Origin: Nitrospinales bacterium
Lineage (GTDB): Bacteria > Nitrospinota > Nitrospinia > Nitrospinales > VA-1
Length of the DNA stretch: 64,000 nt
NCBI GenBank assembly: GCA_965223795.1
Contig: CBDCXL010000002.1
Coordinates: 384,001-448,000, forward strand
Reading direction: 5' to 3'
Shown here one piece after another: positions 50,953 to 61,062 of the stretch. Position numbers and translations under genes: made by a program. The notes beneath the pieces were generated by a model. The model was not told the DNA's origin. It saw only the letters and a list, made by a program, of their open reading frames with translations, and searched no databases. Every line of letters begins with the position of its first letter. The first letter of the stretch is position 1.

Positions 50953-51291
50953 ATGAAAACGATCGAATCGCGGGAATCGAAACAGAAATATTTTTTCCAT
51001 CCTTACAGCGGCATGCTGATCATCGGGCTGGACTGGCTGTTCTTCGGCGTGTCGACGCTGAGCCTGGGACTCAGCACGCCGGTGAGCTGTGTGCTCGCTT
51101 TCTTCGCCACGTTCTTCGGCGTGACCTCCATCCAGAAAACCCGGGCGGGCGACTCCGCGCCCGTCGCGATGGCCAAGGGTTTCGTGGGCGGCCTGTTTGC
51201 GGGCATCCCGACGGCCATCTCCGGCACCGCCCTGGGTGCGCTGATCCTCGCGCTGTCCGGCATCGGCTCAAAGCAGAACGCCTCGCGCTGA
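50953..51291 (+). CDS. small Gly-rich membrane protein
   Basis: Several hydrophobic segments, host codon usage. Confidence 0.65.
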   Translation: MKTIESRESKQKYFFHPYSGMLIIGLDWLFFGVSTLSLGLSTPVSCVLAFFATFFGVTSIQKTRAGDSAPVAMAKGFVGGLFAGIPTAISGTALGALILALSGIGSKQNASR

Positions 51292-51301
51292 ACCTGAACG
51301 T

Positions 51302-51883
51302 TTATTTTCCCTGCAACCTGCGGTAGCGAAAGCAATCGACGGTGTGGTCGTTGACCATGCCGACGGCCTGCATGAAGGCGTAGCAGATGGTGGGGCCGAC
51401 GAAGCGGAAGCCGCGTTTCTTGAGGTCCTTGCTCATGGCTTCGGCTTCCGGCGTCTGGGCGGGGATCGCGGACAGGGACTTGAATTTGTTCTGGACCGGT
51501 TTGCCGCCCACGAACTGCCAGACGTATTTCTCGAACGAGCCAAATTCTTTGCTCACGTCAAGAAAACTCTGCGCGTTTGTGATCGACGCGTCCACCTTGA
51601 GCCGGTTGCGGATGATGCCCGCATCGGCGAGCAGGCGTTTTTTGTCCTTTTCGGTGTACTTCGCGATTTTCTTCGCGTCGAAGCGGTGGTAGGCCTTGCG
51701 GTAGTTTTCTCTTTTTTTGAGCACGGTGGACCAGCTGAGCCCGGCCTGCGCGCCTTCGAGGATGAGAAATTCGAACAGCAGACGGTCGTCGCGCACGGGC
51801 ACGCCCCACTCCTCGTCGTGGTAGGCGATCATCAGCGGGTCCGCGCCCGCCCACTCGCAGCGGGTTTTTGTTTTGGTGTTCAT
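51302..51883 (-). CDS. tag: DNA-3-methyladenine glycosylase I
   Basis: RCEW, YHDEEWG, EGAQAGLSW, MVNDHTVDC. Confidence 0.97.
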   Translation of the reverse strand: MNTKTKTRCEWAGADPLMIAYHDEEWGVPVRDDRLLFEFLILEGAQAGLSWSTVLKKRENYRKAYHRFDAKKIAKYTEKDKKRLLADAGIIRNRLKVDASITNAQSFLDVSKEFGSFEKYVWQFVGGKPVQNKFKSLSAIPAQTPEAEAMSKDLKKRGFRFVGPTICYAFMQAVGMVNDHTVDCFRYRRLQGK

Positions 51884-51929
51884 GGCTTCAATTCAGAGTG
51901 AATTCTTAGTGCAAACTTATTTTGGAGCG

Positions 51930-52117
51930 CCCCCCTCACCCCGCCCTCAAGCTACCACCGGCATTTAAATAAGCGGGTGGCAGAACAAGTTCTGCATTCA
52001 AGCCACCTTCCGGGGTAATTCGTAATGCGGGTGTCGAGCTTGTCTCGACGCCTCATTAAACTGAATTTAAGGAAGGTCATCAAGCTTTGCTTGACCTCCC
52101 TCCAGGGGAGAGGGAGA
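51930..52117. repeat. REP-like element (family B) carrying three stacked hairpin cassettes
   Basis: Same arms as 11167-11255 flank units at about 51949-51999, 52000-52054 and 52055-52096. Confidence 0.8.
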
Positions 52118-52144
52118 AAACACTTCAGACTGAAAGCACTCTAA

Positions 52145-54289
52145 TCACCCATTCTCGAACGGCCGCCAGGTGAGCGCGAGGCCGCCGAACACGTTGAACG
52201 GGGCCGCGGGCTCGAAGAACCGGCCGCCGGCGGCGTTGATGCGGGTGTTGGCATTGTAGCTTTCATCGAGCAGGTTGTTCAAGCCGAGGAACACGCGGTA
52301 CTCCAGCGGCCCCGCCTCCCCTTCCCGGCCGGCGGTCAGGCGGGTCGCGGTGTAGGCGTCGTTTTCGGCGCCGTTGGCGTTGTCGACAAAAAAATCGGCC
52401 ACGTGCTGAAACTCGAAACGGCCGAACCAGCCGGCGCGGGTTTTGCCTTCAAGCCGGCCGGCGAGCCGGTGTTCGGGAATGCCGGGAATGGCCTTGCCCG
52501 AAAAATCACCGCTGCCCGAGACGAATTCGGTGAACTCAAAATCGCTGTAGGTGTAGGACAAAAACAGATCCAAAAAGGCGTTCGGCCGGTAGCGGGCGCT
52601 GGCTTCCACGCCTTTGCGCTCGGAGGTGCCGGCGTTGCGGAAAAAATTGCGGCCGGGCGCGCCGGGCAGCTCGAAGGGGATGATCTCATCGTCGGAGCGG
52701 ATGAAAAACAGCGCGAGATCGAAATCGAACGTGCGCTCGAAGCCCGATCCTTTCAACCCGACTTCGTAGCTCACCGACTGCTGGGCGTTAAGATCGGGAT
52801 TGAATCCCGGCCCGCCGGACGGATTGACGATCAACTCCGTGGTCGTCGGCACTTCGAACACCGTGCCCACATTGGCGTAAAAATCCAGTTTTTCGTTCGC
52901 GTGCACCACCGCGCCGGCGCTGCCGCTCCATTCGGACAGCGTGCGCGAGCCGGACTGGTCGCCGTCGCTCAGGAATTTGTCGTCGAGTTTAAAGTGAACG
53001 CGGTCGTAGCGCAGCCCGAAGGCCAGATCCAGCCGGTCATTGAGGCGCATCTCCTGGCGGGCGTAGGGCCCGACGCTGGTGACGGTTTCGATCTGATCCA
53101 GCGTCAGCGCGCCCTGCACGCTCTGGTTGTTGTTGAAGCGCTGGCGGTTGTCGCGCTGATGCGCCACGTCGACGCCGAACACCAGGCGGGTGCGCCGATC
53201 AAACCATTCGGTGTCGTACACCGACCGCAGTTCCAGCCCCGGCGCGATGCGCTCGAATTCGACGATGCCGCCGCTGACGAAAGGCAGCTTGTTGGAGAAG
53301 ATGCGGTTGCGAACGTGCGCGGTGGCGAACACCTCCCAGCGCGTGGTGAGGGGGGCGCGGTGCCGCAGCGCGATCTGGTTTTCGGTGACCTGCTCGCCCG
53401 CCGAGAACAGCAGGTTGGCCGCCCTCGCCTGCTCCGGGTCGGCCTCGGCCTGCTCTTTTGTCAGCGCTCCCGGGTCCTCCGCCTGCGGGGAATTGAAATG
53501 CGAGATGGTGAGGTGCCAATCGGCTCCCGACGGGGTTTCAAAGCGGAACTTTCCATTCACCAGAGTGTTCTCGGTGGCGCTGTGCTGGCGGTGGCCGGTG
53601 AAACGCAGGTGGGAGGCGAACAGCCGGTGGTTGAGATTTTCGTGCGTGCCGCCCAAAGTGAGCTGGAATTTTTTCAGCCCGAAGGAACCGGCGACAAAAC
53701 GCGGCTGAAGCGCCAGCGGCGAGCTGTCGCCGTCAACCGTGGCGAGATCGAGGACGCCGCCGGAGGCGTTGCCGTAGAGGGAGGCCGCCGGGCCGCGCAG
53801 GACTTCGATGGAGCGCAGGAGTCCCGGATCGAGGGCATCGAGCTGGGTCTGTCCGTCCGGCAGGGTCTGCGACACGCCGTCCACGCGCACTTTCACGCCG
53901 CGCACGCCGAAGGGCGCGCGGGCGCCGAAGCCGCGGATGGAAATCCGGAGATCCTGGGCGAAATTTTCGGGGTTCTGCAGAAACAGGCCCGGCAGCGGCG
54001 TCAGGGCTTCATCGAGGGTGAGGCCAGGCCGTGCGGTCTGGATGTCCTCGACCTTGTGGATGGCGGCGGGAACGTCCCGCGCCCGCTTGCGCGAACGCAC
54101 CGAAGTCACGGTGACGGGAGGCAGCACCTGCACGCCTGCCCCGCCATCGTCCACGGCCTGCTGCGCCGGAGCGGCATCGGCGAAAGCCAGGATCAGCAGG
54201 ATGAGAATGAGAGGCGCCGTTTCCCGGCGGGCGGGAAGGAAAACACGCGAAGGGACAGCGGAAACAATGGGTGACAGTGGTTGCGACAC
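52145..54289 (-). CDS. TonB-dependent outer-membrane receptor
   Basis: VTVT TonB box, plug (ISIRGFG, IEVLRGPAASLYG), NNLLDESY, C-terminal beta strand; start uncertain. Confidence 0.92.
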   Translation of the reverse strand: MSQPLSPIVSAVPSRVFLPARRETAPLILILLILAFADAAPAQQAVDDGGAGVQVLPPVTVTSVRSRKRARDVPAAIHKVEDIQTARPGLTLDEALTPLPGLFLQNPENFAQDLRISIRGFGARAPFGVRGVKVRVDGVSQTLPDGQTQLDALDPGLLRSIEVLRGPAASLYGNASGGVLDLATVDGDSSPLALQPRFVAGSFGLKKFQLTLGGTHENLNHRLFASHLRFTGHRQHSATENTLVNGKFRFETPSGADWHLTISHFNSPQAEDPGALTKEQAEADPEQARAANLLFSAGEQVTENQIALRHRAPLTTRWEVFATAHVRNRIFSNKLPFVSGGIVEFERIAPGLELRSVYDTEWFDRRTRLVFGVDVAHQRDNRQRFNNNQSVQGALTLDQIETVTSVGPYARQEMRLNDRLDLAFGLRYDRVHFKLDDKFLSDGDQSGSRTLSEWSGSAGAVVHANEKLDFYANVGTVFEVPTTTELIVNPSGGPGFNPDLNAQQSVSYEVGLKGSGFERTFDFDLALFFIRSDDEIIPFELPGAPGRNFFRNAGTSERKGVEASARYRPNAFLDLFLSYTYSDFEFTEFVSGSGDFSGKAIPGIPEHRLAGRLEGKTRAGWFGRFEFQHVADFFVDNANGAENDAYTATRLTAGREGEAGPLEYRVFLGLNNLLDESYNANTRINAAGGRFFEPAAPFNVFGGLALTWRPFENG

Positions 54290-54338
54290 AAAACGGCCCC
54301 TTCAACGCAAAGAAAGCTTCCAACTCAGCAGGGGCGGC

Positions 54339-54698
54339 TCATGAATTGCCTTCATCCAAAATGTGGAGGATCGACTCCAGGTCCTTCTGGATCTTCTGTT
54401 TCAACTGCAACCGCTTTTCCCGCTCCTGGGTTGGATTCTGCCCGTTGCTTTTGCGGACTTCCCGCAGCTTCTGCTTGGCGCCGGCGATGGTGAACTTTTC
54501 CTGGTACAAAAGCCGCTTGATCTCCAGGATCATCTCCACGTCCTTGCGCTTGTAGAGCCTCTGCCCGGCCCGGTTTTTCTCCGGCTTGAGCGTCTCGAAC
54601 TCTTCCTCCCAATACCTGAGAACGTGCTGCTCCACCTGGGCCACCTGGGCCACTTCGCCGATCTTGAAAAACAACTTGTCGGGAATGACGGGATTCAT
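54339..54698 (-). CDS. MerR family transcriptional regulator
   Basis: [28 protein letters not shown]; typical ihfA-linked MerR. Confidence 0.92.
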   Translation of the reverse strand: MNPVIPDKLFFKIGEVAQVAQVEQHVLRYWEEEFETLKPEKNRAGQRLYKRKDVEMILEIKRLLYQEKFTIAGAKQKLREVRKSNGQNPTQEREKRLQLKQKIQKDLESILHILDEGNS

Positions 54699-54979
54699 TC
54701 AGACGGTTGATCCGTTGAGATTAAAAGTTGTTTGCTCGGCTTGAAGGACAGCACCCGCCGGGAACGGATGAGTATGGGCTCCCCGGTTTTGGGGTTGCGG
54801 GCGTTGCGGGCTTTTTTTTCCTTCAGGTAGAAACTGGCGAATCCGGCGATGCGGACGTTTTCGCCGCGGGCCAGTTCCGATTTGATCTCATCAAACAGAA
54901 TTTCCACTGCTTCCACGGCCTCCTGGCGGGTGAAACCCACCTTCTGGTAAACGCGCTCCACCAGGTCGGCCTTGACCAC
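54695..54979 (-). CDS. ihfA: integration host factor alpha / HU family protein
   Basis: [32 protein letters not shown] start after AAGGGG; followed by merR. Confidence 0.8.
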   Translation of the reverse strand: MVKADLVERVYQKVGFTRQEAVEAVEILFDEIKSELARGENVRIAGFASFYLKEKKARNARNPKTGEPILIRSRRVLSFKPSKQLLISTDQPSE

Positions 54980-55101
54980 GGTACCCCTTTCATCTGTATT
55001 TTTCACATTCAATCCCTTGAACGTCGTTGTCGGAAACGAAGACCCGGCGTCCAATCCATTGGACGCGTTTTCTGAGGCTCCGCTTAATTCTTACAAAACG
55101 G

Positions 55102-57195
55102 TCATTCCTTTTCCTTTTCGTATTCTTTGTTCGCTTCCTCAATGATTTTTTTAGAAAGATGTTCGGGAACGTCGTCGTAATGGTCGAATTCCATGACAAA
55201 CATTCCCCTGCCGCTGGTCATGGAGCGAAGATCCGCCACGTAATTGAGCACTTCCGACATGGGAATGTGGACGCGGATGGTCTGCGTGTCGCCGTCGGCG
55301 TCGATGCCCTGGATCTTTCCCCGCTTGGAGTTGAGGTCGCCCATCACATCCCCCACGTATTCGCCGGGGATGATGACCTCCATATTCATTATCGGCTCCA
55401 GCAGGGTCGGCCTGCAGTCCAGAACACCTTTTTTAAATCCCAGTGAGCCCGCGATTTTAAACGCCATTTCCGAGGAATCGACGTCGTGGTAGGAACCGTC
55501 GTAGAGGGACACTTTCACGTCCACCATCGGGTAATGGGCGATGACGCCCTGGGCCATGGCCTCCTGGATGCCCTTGGAGACGGCGGGGATGTAGGTTTTC
55601 GGGATCGCGCCGCCGACGATCTTGTCCTCGAACTCGAATCCCTTGCCCTTGGGCAGCGGGGAAATCTCCAGCCAGGTGTCGCCGAACTGGCCGCGTCCGC
55701 CGGTCTGCTTTTTGTATTTTCCCTGCACCTTGGTGCGGCCGCGGATGGTTTCCCGGTACGGGACTTTCGGCGGCTTCACATCGACCTCCACGCTGAAACG
55801 CTTTTTCATGCGGTCGATCAGCACTTCCAGATGCACCGGCCCCATGCCGGAAATCAGCAGTTCGTGGGTCTGGGCGTTGCGCTCGACTTTGAGGGTGGGG
55901 TCCTCTTCGGTCAGGCGGCTCAGGGCGTTGCTGATCTTTTCCTCGTCGGCGCGGGTCTTGGGCACGATGGCCTGCGACAGCACGGGCACCGGAAACTGGA
56001 TGGGATCGAACACGATGGGCTTGTTCTGGTCGGCAAAGGTGTCGCCGGTCTCGGTGACTTTCAGTTTCGCCACGGCACCCAGATCGCCCGCCGCGATCTC
56101 CGGCACCGGCACCTGTTTTTTGCCCTGCAGGTGGAAGATCTGGCCGACCCGCTCGCCGGTCTCCTTGGTGGCGTTGTAAACGCTGGCGTCGCCCTTGACG
56201 GTCCCCGAAAACACGCGGAACAGGGTCAGCTTGCCTGCGTACGGGTCCGACAGGGTCTTGAACACCAGGGCGGACACAGGCGCTTTCGGGTCGTTTTCGC
56301 GGCTGGTTTCCGAGCCGTCCTTGGGGGATTTGCCGGTGACGGGCTTGCGTTTGTCCGGGCCCGGCAGGTAATGGGTGATGGCGTTGAGCACAAGGTCGAT
56401 GCCGATGTTGAGCGTCGCCGAGCCGCACAGGACGGGAATCAGCTCGCCGCTCTCGATGCCGTTGCGCAGTCCGGCGTTGAATTCCTCATCGGTCAGCTCG
56501 CCTTTTTCCAGGTAGACTTCGATGAGGGTGTCGTCCACTTCCGCCACCGCTTCGGTCAGTTCGGCGCGGGCGGTTTCCACATCGTCTTTTAAATCATCGG
56601 GGATGGCTCCGGCCTTGCCTTTGCCCTTGCCGCCTTTTTCATAGGCGTAGTATTTGTTCTCGACCAGATCCACGATGCCGGCAAAGGACTCCCCCGCTCC
56701 CACGGGCATCTGCAGAAACACGGGATTCTTGCTGAACTTTTTCTTGATCGCTTCGAGGATCGAGGCCGGGTTGGCGCGTTCGTGGTCCATTTTGTTGATG
56801 AAGACCACACGGGCGAGGTGCTGCTCGTCGGCCCACTGCCAGGCTTTTTCCGTGTAAAACTGCATGCCCTCGTCGGCGCCGATCACCACCACGGCTTCGT
56901 CGATCACCCGGATGCAGGCGGGCGTGTCGGCGATGAAGTTGTTGTCGCCGGGCGTGTCCAGGATGTTCACCTTGTGCTTGTCCCAGTCGCAGAAAGCGAG
57001 CGAAGCGTTGATCGTGTGGCCGCGCTTCATTTCGTCGGCGTCGTAGTCCATGATGGAAGAGTTGTCCCCCACCACGCCCAGACGGTCGGAAACCCCGGCC
57101 GTGTACAGCATGGCCTCCGCGACGGACGTCTTTCCCGAAGCTCCGTGCCCGACGAGTCCCACATTTCTGATGTCCTGAAGATTGTATTGTTTCAT
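55102..57195 (-). CDS. fusA: elongation factor G paralogue (EF-G2-like)
   Basis: Full EF-G domain order (KKQTGGRGQFG, DSSEMAF, LLEPIM) with variant G motifs; not in an rpsL-rpsG context. Confidence 0.9.
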   Translation of the reverse strand: MKQYNLQDIRNVGLVGHGASGKTSVAEAMLYTAGVSDRLGVVGDNSSIMDYDADEMKRGHTINASLAFCDWDKHKVNILDTPGDNNFIADTPACIRVIDEAVVVIGADEGMQFYTEKAWQWADEQHLARVVFINKMDHERANPASILEAIKKKFSKNPVFLQMPVGAGESFAGIVDLVENKYYAYEKGGKGKGKAGAIPDDLKDDVETARAELTEAVAEVDDTLIEVYLEKGELTDEEFNAGLRNGIESGELIPVLCGSATLNIGIDLVLNAITHYLPGPDKRKPVTGKSPKDGSETSRENDPKAPVSALVFKTLSDPYAGKLTLFRVFSGTVKGDASVYNATKETGERVGQIFHLQGKKQVPVPEIAAGDLGAVAKLKVTETGDTFADQNKPIVFDPIQFPVPVLSQAIVPKTRADEEKISNALSRLTEEDPTLKVERNAQTHELLISGMGPVHLEVLIDRMKKRFSVEVDVKPPKVPYRETIRGRTKVQGKYKKQTGGRGQFGDTWLEISPLPKGKGFEFEDKIVGGAIPKTYIPAVSKGIQEAMAQGVIAHYPMVDVKVSLYDGSYHDVDSSEMAFKIAGSLGFKKGVLDCRPTLLEPIMNMEVIIPGEYVGDVMGDLNSKRGKIQGIDADGDTQTIRVHIPMSEVLNYVADLRSMTSGRGMFVMEFDHYDDVPEHLSKKIIEEANKEYEKEKE

Positions 57196-57341
57196 CTCGA
57201 ACCTCTGGGAAATTTGAAAAGGACCTCTAACAATTCAATATTTCTCGGACAGGCAACTCGCGGCCCCTTATTTCATAAGGGACGCTCGTAGCCCGACGCA
57301 CATTTTAGAGGCACCCTTGAAATCCTACGGTACCGGCCGGT

Positions 57342-59723
57342 TCAGGACAACCGGTCCGCCAGCTTTTTCATCTTCTGATAGACCGTACCCTCAAATGAAG
57401 GAAACATCTTATATATCCGCTTCATCCCCGCCGCATTCATGCGGATGGTGTACACATCGTCGGTGACAGCCCGTGCGGTGACCGGCAGCAGGCTGCCCGC
57501 TTCCCCCATGACGTCCCCCTGGGAGAGGACCGCCTCCCGGGAATCCTTCTGGCGCACTTCCACTTCGCCCGAAAGGATGATGTGGGTCTCTTTCGTCCCT
57601 GCGTCTTCGGAAAGAATGCGGTCGTCCCTGCTCCAGCGCATGATTCTGCCGAAAGCGAGGGAGGCGATGAGGCTCGGGGGCATCACGTCGCAGAAGTAAT
57701 TTCTTATTTTGTAAAAATTGTCCTGAATTTGCGGAAGATTATACACCTTATACAACCGACTGGGGATTTGAAGCAAGGTCAAAGGTGATTTTGCCTTGAT
57801 GGTGGCCCGCCGCCTGGGGTCGCGGGTGTTGACGGCGAGTTCTCCGAAAAACTCGCCCTTTTCATAAAACGCGTAGGGCCGGCCGTCGATGATGATCTCG
57901 GCGAATCCTTCCAGGATGACGAAAAAATCGTCGCCGACGTCCCCCTGGGAGAACACGATTTCATCGGCCTGGTAATTGACCATTTCGGACTGGTTTATGA
58001 CATTCAGCACCTCTTCATCTTTAAGCCCTTTAAATAGATGGACTTGCTTAACGACCGCGGCTTCTGCGCCCGGCTTTGCAGCCCCGCCGGGTATCAACGT
58101 CAGGGTCTCGCCCTCGGAGGCGTAGCGGTAACGGGGATGGTCTTCGGGATCGTAATGCTGGTGCACCAGGATGAGATTCTCCACCACGGCGTCGTCCAGG
58201 TGATCCAGTGATTTGAGCTTGGTGTGGATGGAACCGCCGCCGACGTCGTGGATGATGCAGTCGGCATCCCAGACAAAGCCCAGAATGGCGTCTCTGCGTT
58301 TTTCGGTGAAATAACCCTGTTCATGCCACTGGTTGACCATTTCCACGTCGTATTTGGTGTCGCCGGAATGGCTGATGCGGGTCTCCTTGCCTGAGGGGTC
58401 GACGTAGGTCAGCTGAAACCGGCCCGCGGGGATGGAATGCAGGGAATAATCGAACGTGAACCAGGTGTTTTCGAAACCGGGGAGGCGGGTCTTTTTCCCG
58501 GGCTCGACTTCGTAAAAGTCGATGAATTTTTCCAGCAGTTCGAACGGGAAACAGGTGACCGCCACCATCTTGCGCAGGAAACTCTCGAAGATGATGCGGG
58601 TGGAGATGATCTTCGCCCGCTGGCCGGTGAGCAGGATTTCGGCGATCCCGGTGTCGTGGTCGGAGTGGACGTGGCTCAGGAAGATGTAGTGGATGTCGTT
58701 TTCGGAGATCCCGTGGTGCAGCGCCAGCCTCAGGCTGTCGTGCAGCGAGTCCACCATGATACCCTTGCCTTCCGACCAGGCGATGAGGCAGCTGTTGCGC
58801 CTTTTTGGGGTGAAGCCGGAGCCGACGCCGAGAAAGGTGACGCCCATGAACGGTTTCTCGATCAATTGAAATTCGGGCAGCGGCTTGGGCGGGTCGAGAT
58901 GGCTGATGTCCACACGGGCGACGGTTTCCTTTTTGTACTCAATGTCGAACGCCGAAGGCCGCACCTGCACGATTTTCATCTTCTGCCGCCTGTTGTCTCC
59001 GGCAACCACAACGGCGTTGCCGCGGTCGAACTCGATGAAGTCGATCAGGTTGTCGAGAAATTTTTCCCGGTCCTTGTACTCGGCGAGAGAAAACAGCTCC
59101 ATCTCCATTTTCAACTGCGCGCAGAGCAGGTAATTGGCGGCCAGCTCTTTTTCAAAGCGGGGGAGTTTTCTGTTTTTGAGCCAGCGGTGCTTTTTGAGCA
59201 CCTCATTCAGATGCGCGGCGACGGCCTGCTCCAGGTTTTTGTCACCGGTCCGGCTCTTCAGGTTTTTCTTGTAAAGGTTGAAGAGCTTGCGGTCCGTGGC
59301 GACGGCGTTGAGCAAGGCGTCCATCCGCTCCCGGTCTTTGGGATTGAGCTTCCGCTTTTCCAGGTAACGGTGAAACTGCGGTCTAAGAAGCTCGATGAAG
59401 CGGGGGCCGAACAGGGTTTCGTACAGAATGGACTGAAAACGCTTTTTCTGGTCGCGCGTGCAGTAGATGGAAATGCGCTCTTTCTCTGCATTTTCAAACA
59501 GGAAGCTGTAGATGATGAATTCGAAATCGAAATTGTTGCGGCCGCGGATGAAGGTGCGGATGGGAATGACGTAATGCTTGGGCAGCGGTTCGCCGCGCGC
59601 AGCGAAATCCTTGACCATGCCCGGCGGACAGCCGAACACGATGCGGTCGAACCCCTCGGCTTGCAACACCCGGTAGTTGTGTCCTTTGAATACGGCGAAT
59701 GCGTTCGCGGCGGGCTGCTCCAT
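57342..59723 (-). CDS. metallo-beta-lactamase-fold protein with C-terminal cyclic-nucleotide-binding domains
   Basis: LGVGSGF, SHVHSDHD, HSIP, SGDT; then QGDVGDDFFVILEG, FFGELA, RRATIKA; second degenerate cNMP domain. Confidence 0.85.
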   Translation of the reverse strand: MEQPAANAFAVFKGHNYRVLQAEGFDRIVFGCPPGMVKDFAARGEPLPKHYVIPIRTFIRGRNNFDFEFIIYSFLFENAEKERISIYCTRDQKKRFQSILYETLFGPRFIELLRPQFHRYLEKRKLNPKDRERMDALLNAVATDRKLFNLYKKNLKSRTGDKNLEQAVAAHLNEVLKKHRWLKNRKLPRFEKELAANYLLCAQLKMEMELFSLAEYKDREKFLDNLIDFIEFDRGNAVVVAGDNRRQKMKIVQVRPSAFDIEYKKETVARVDISHLDPPKPLPEFQLIEKPFMGVTFLGVGSGFTPKRRNSCLIAWSEGKGIMVDSLHDSLRLALHHGISENDIHYIFLSHVHSDHDTGIAEILLTGQRAKIISTRIIFESFLRKMVAVTCFPFELLEKFIDFYEVEPGKKTRLPGFENTWFTFDYSLHSIPAGRFQLTYVDPSGKETRISHSGDTKYDVEMVNQWHEQGYFTEKRRDAILGFVWDADCIIHDVGGGSIHTKLKSLDHLDDAVVENLILVHQHYDPEDHPRYRYASEGETLTLIPGGAAKPGAEAAVVKQVHLFKGLKDEEVLNVINQSEMVNYQADEIVFSQGDVGDDFFVILEGFAEIIIDGRPYAFYEKGEFFGELAVNTRDPRRRATIKAKSPLTLLQIPSRLYKVYNLPQIQDNFYKIRNYFCDVMPPSLIASLAFGRIMRWSRDDRILSEDAGTKETHIILSGEVEVRQKDSREAVLSQGDVMGEAGSLLPVTARAVTDDVYTIRMNAAGMKRIYKMFPSFEGTVYQKMKKLADRLS

Positions 59724-59724
59724 C

Positions 59725-61047
59725 TCACTCCCCCTCTTTCCGGGCTGTGAACAGAAGCCGGAGGGGGGTTCCGGAAAATCCAAAATCCTTTCTAAGACTG
59801 TTGGCGAGGTAGCGCCGGTAGGAAAAATGCACGCCTTTCGGGTAGTTGACAAAGCAGCGGAAGGTGGGCGGACGGCTTTTGACCTGGGTGGTGTAAAACA
59901 GTTTCAAAAACTTTCCGCGGTAACTGCTCATGGGATTCTTCCTGATAGCGCGCTCGAAACAATCGTTCAGCCTGCCGGTGGAAATGCTGCGAGAATATTC
60001 CTTGTAGGCTTTTTCGACAGCCGGGAGCAGTTTTTCCAGGCCGCGGCCGGTCTTCGCCGAAACGGAAAGAACGGGAGCGAATTCGAGAAATTTCAGTTTG
60101 TCCCGCACTCTCGCGACAAACTCAGGGTACGCCTTTTTGGGCTCGTCCAGAAGATCCCATTTATTCGCGGCGAGCACGCAGCCGCGGCCGCGGTCGAAAG
60201 CGTATCCGGCGATGGTGGCGTCCTGATCGGTGATGCCTTCGGTGGCGTCCAGCACGAGCACGACGATGTCGCACCGGTCCATCGCCCTGAGCGCCATGAT
60301 CACGCTGAATTTTTCCAGCAGCTGCCGGGTCTTGCCTTTTTTGCGGATGCCGGCGGTGTCGATGAGCAAAAACTCTTTGCCGCCCCACGTCAGTTTGGAA
60401 TCGACCGCGTCGCGGGTGGTGCCTGGCCTGGGGGACACGATGCAGCGGTCCGAATTGAGGAGCCGGTTGACGATGGACGATTTGCCGGCGTTGGGCTTGC
60501 CGACGATCGCCACGCGGACGGCATCGCCGGATTCCGGTTCCTCGACCGCCTCGGGCATTGCCTCCGCCAGAGCTTCCATCAGCTCCAGCACGCCGTGCCC
60601 GTGTTCCGCCGAAATGGGGAACACCTTGTCCGAACCCATCTGGTAGAAATCGTACAGGTCCTCATCGCGGACCGGGTCGTCCACCTTGTTCACCGCCACG
60701 AACAGGGGCTTTCCGGATTTTCGCACCTGCTGGATCACCTCCCGGTCCTGCGGGGTGCAGCCGGTTTTCGAATCCACCACGAACACGATGCAGTCGGCTT
60801 CCTCCTGCGCGATGCAGGCCTGTTCCTTGACCTGGTTTTCCAGATCGCCGGCGGCGTCGAAGTCGATGCCGCCGGTGTCGACCACGATGACCGGGCGGCC
60901 GCTCCATTCGGTGCGCTCGTAGAGGCGGTCGCGGGTGACGCCGGGCGTGCCGTTGACGATGGCCGACCGGTTCTGTGTCAGTTTGTTGAACAGCGTGGAT
61001 TTACCGACATTGGCTCTGCCGATGATGACGACGACCGGAACCGCCAT
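59725..61047 (-). CDS. der: ribosome biogenesis GTPase Der (EngA)
   Basis: Two G domains (GRANVGKS/DTGG/NKVD and GKPNAGKS/DTAG/NKWD) plus KH-like tail. Confidence 0.98.
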   Translation of the reverse strand: MAVPVVVIIGRANVGKSTLFNKLTQNRSAIVNGTPGVTRDRLYERTEWSGRPVIVVDTGGIDFDAAGDLENQVKEQACIAQEEADCIVFVVDSKTGCTPQDREVIQQVRKSGKPLFVAVNKVDDPVRDEDLYDFYQMGSDKVFPISAEHGHGVLELMEALAEAMPEAVEEPESGDAVRVAIVGKPNAGKSSIVNRLLNSDRCIVSPRPGTTRDAVDSKLTWGGKEFLLIDTAGIRKKGKTRQLLEKFSVIMALRAMDRCDIVVLVLDATEGITDQDATIAGYAFDRGRGCVLAANKWDLLDEPKKAYPEFVARVRDKLKFLEFAPVLSVSAKTGRGLEKLLPAVEKAYKEYSRSISTGRLNDCFERAIRKNPMSSYRGKFLKLFYTTQVKSRPPTFRCFVNYPKGVHFSYRRYLANSLRKDFGFSGTPLRLLFTARKEGE

Positions 61048-61062
61048 TGTGTGCGTACCTCA

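Noticed and set aside
54290..54338. Cobalamin riboswitch or Fur box upstream of the TonB receptor
   Set aside because: Gap to merR is only about 50 nt and no recognisable motif is present.
59724..59852. Longer N-terminus of the MBL/cNMP protein
   Set aside because: Overlaps the der 3' end; the SD-like sequence and spacing favour ATG 59723.
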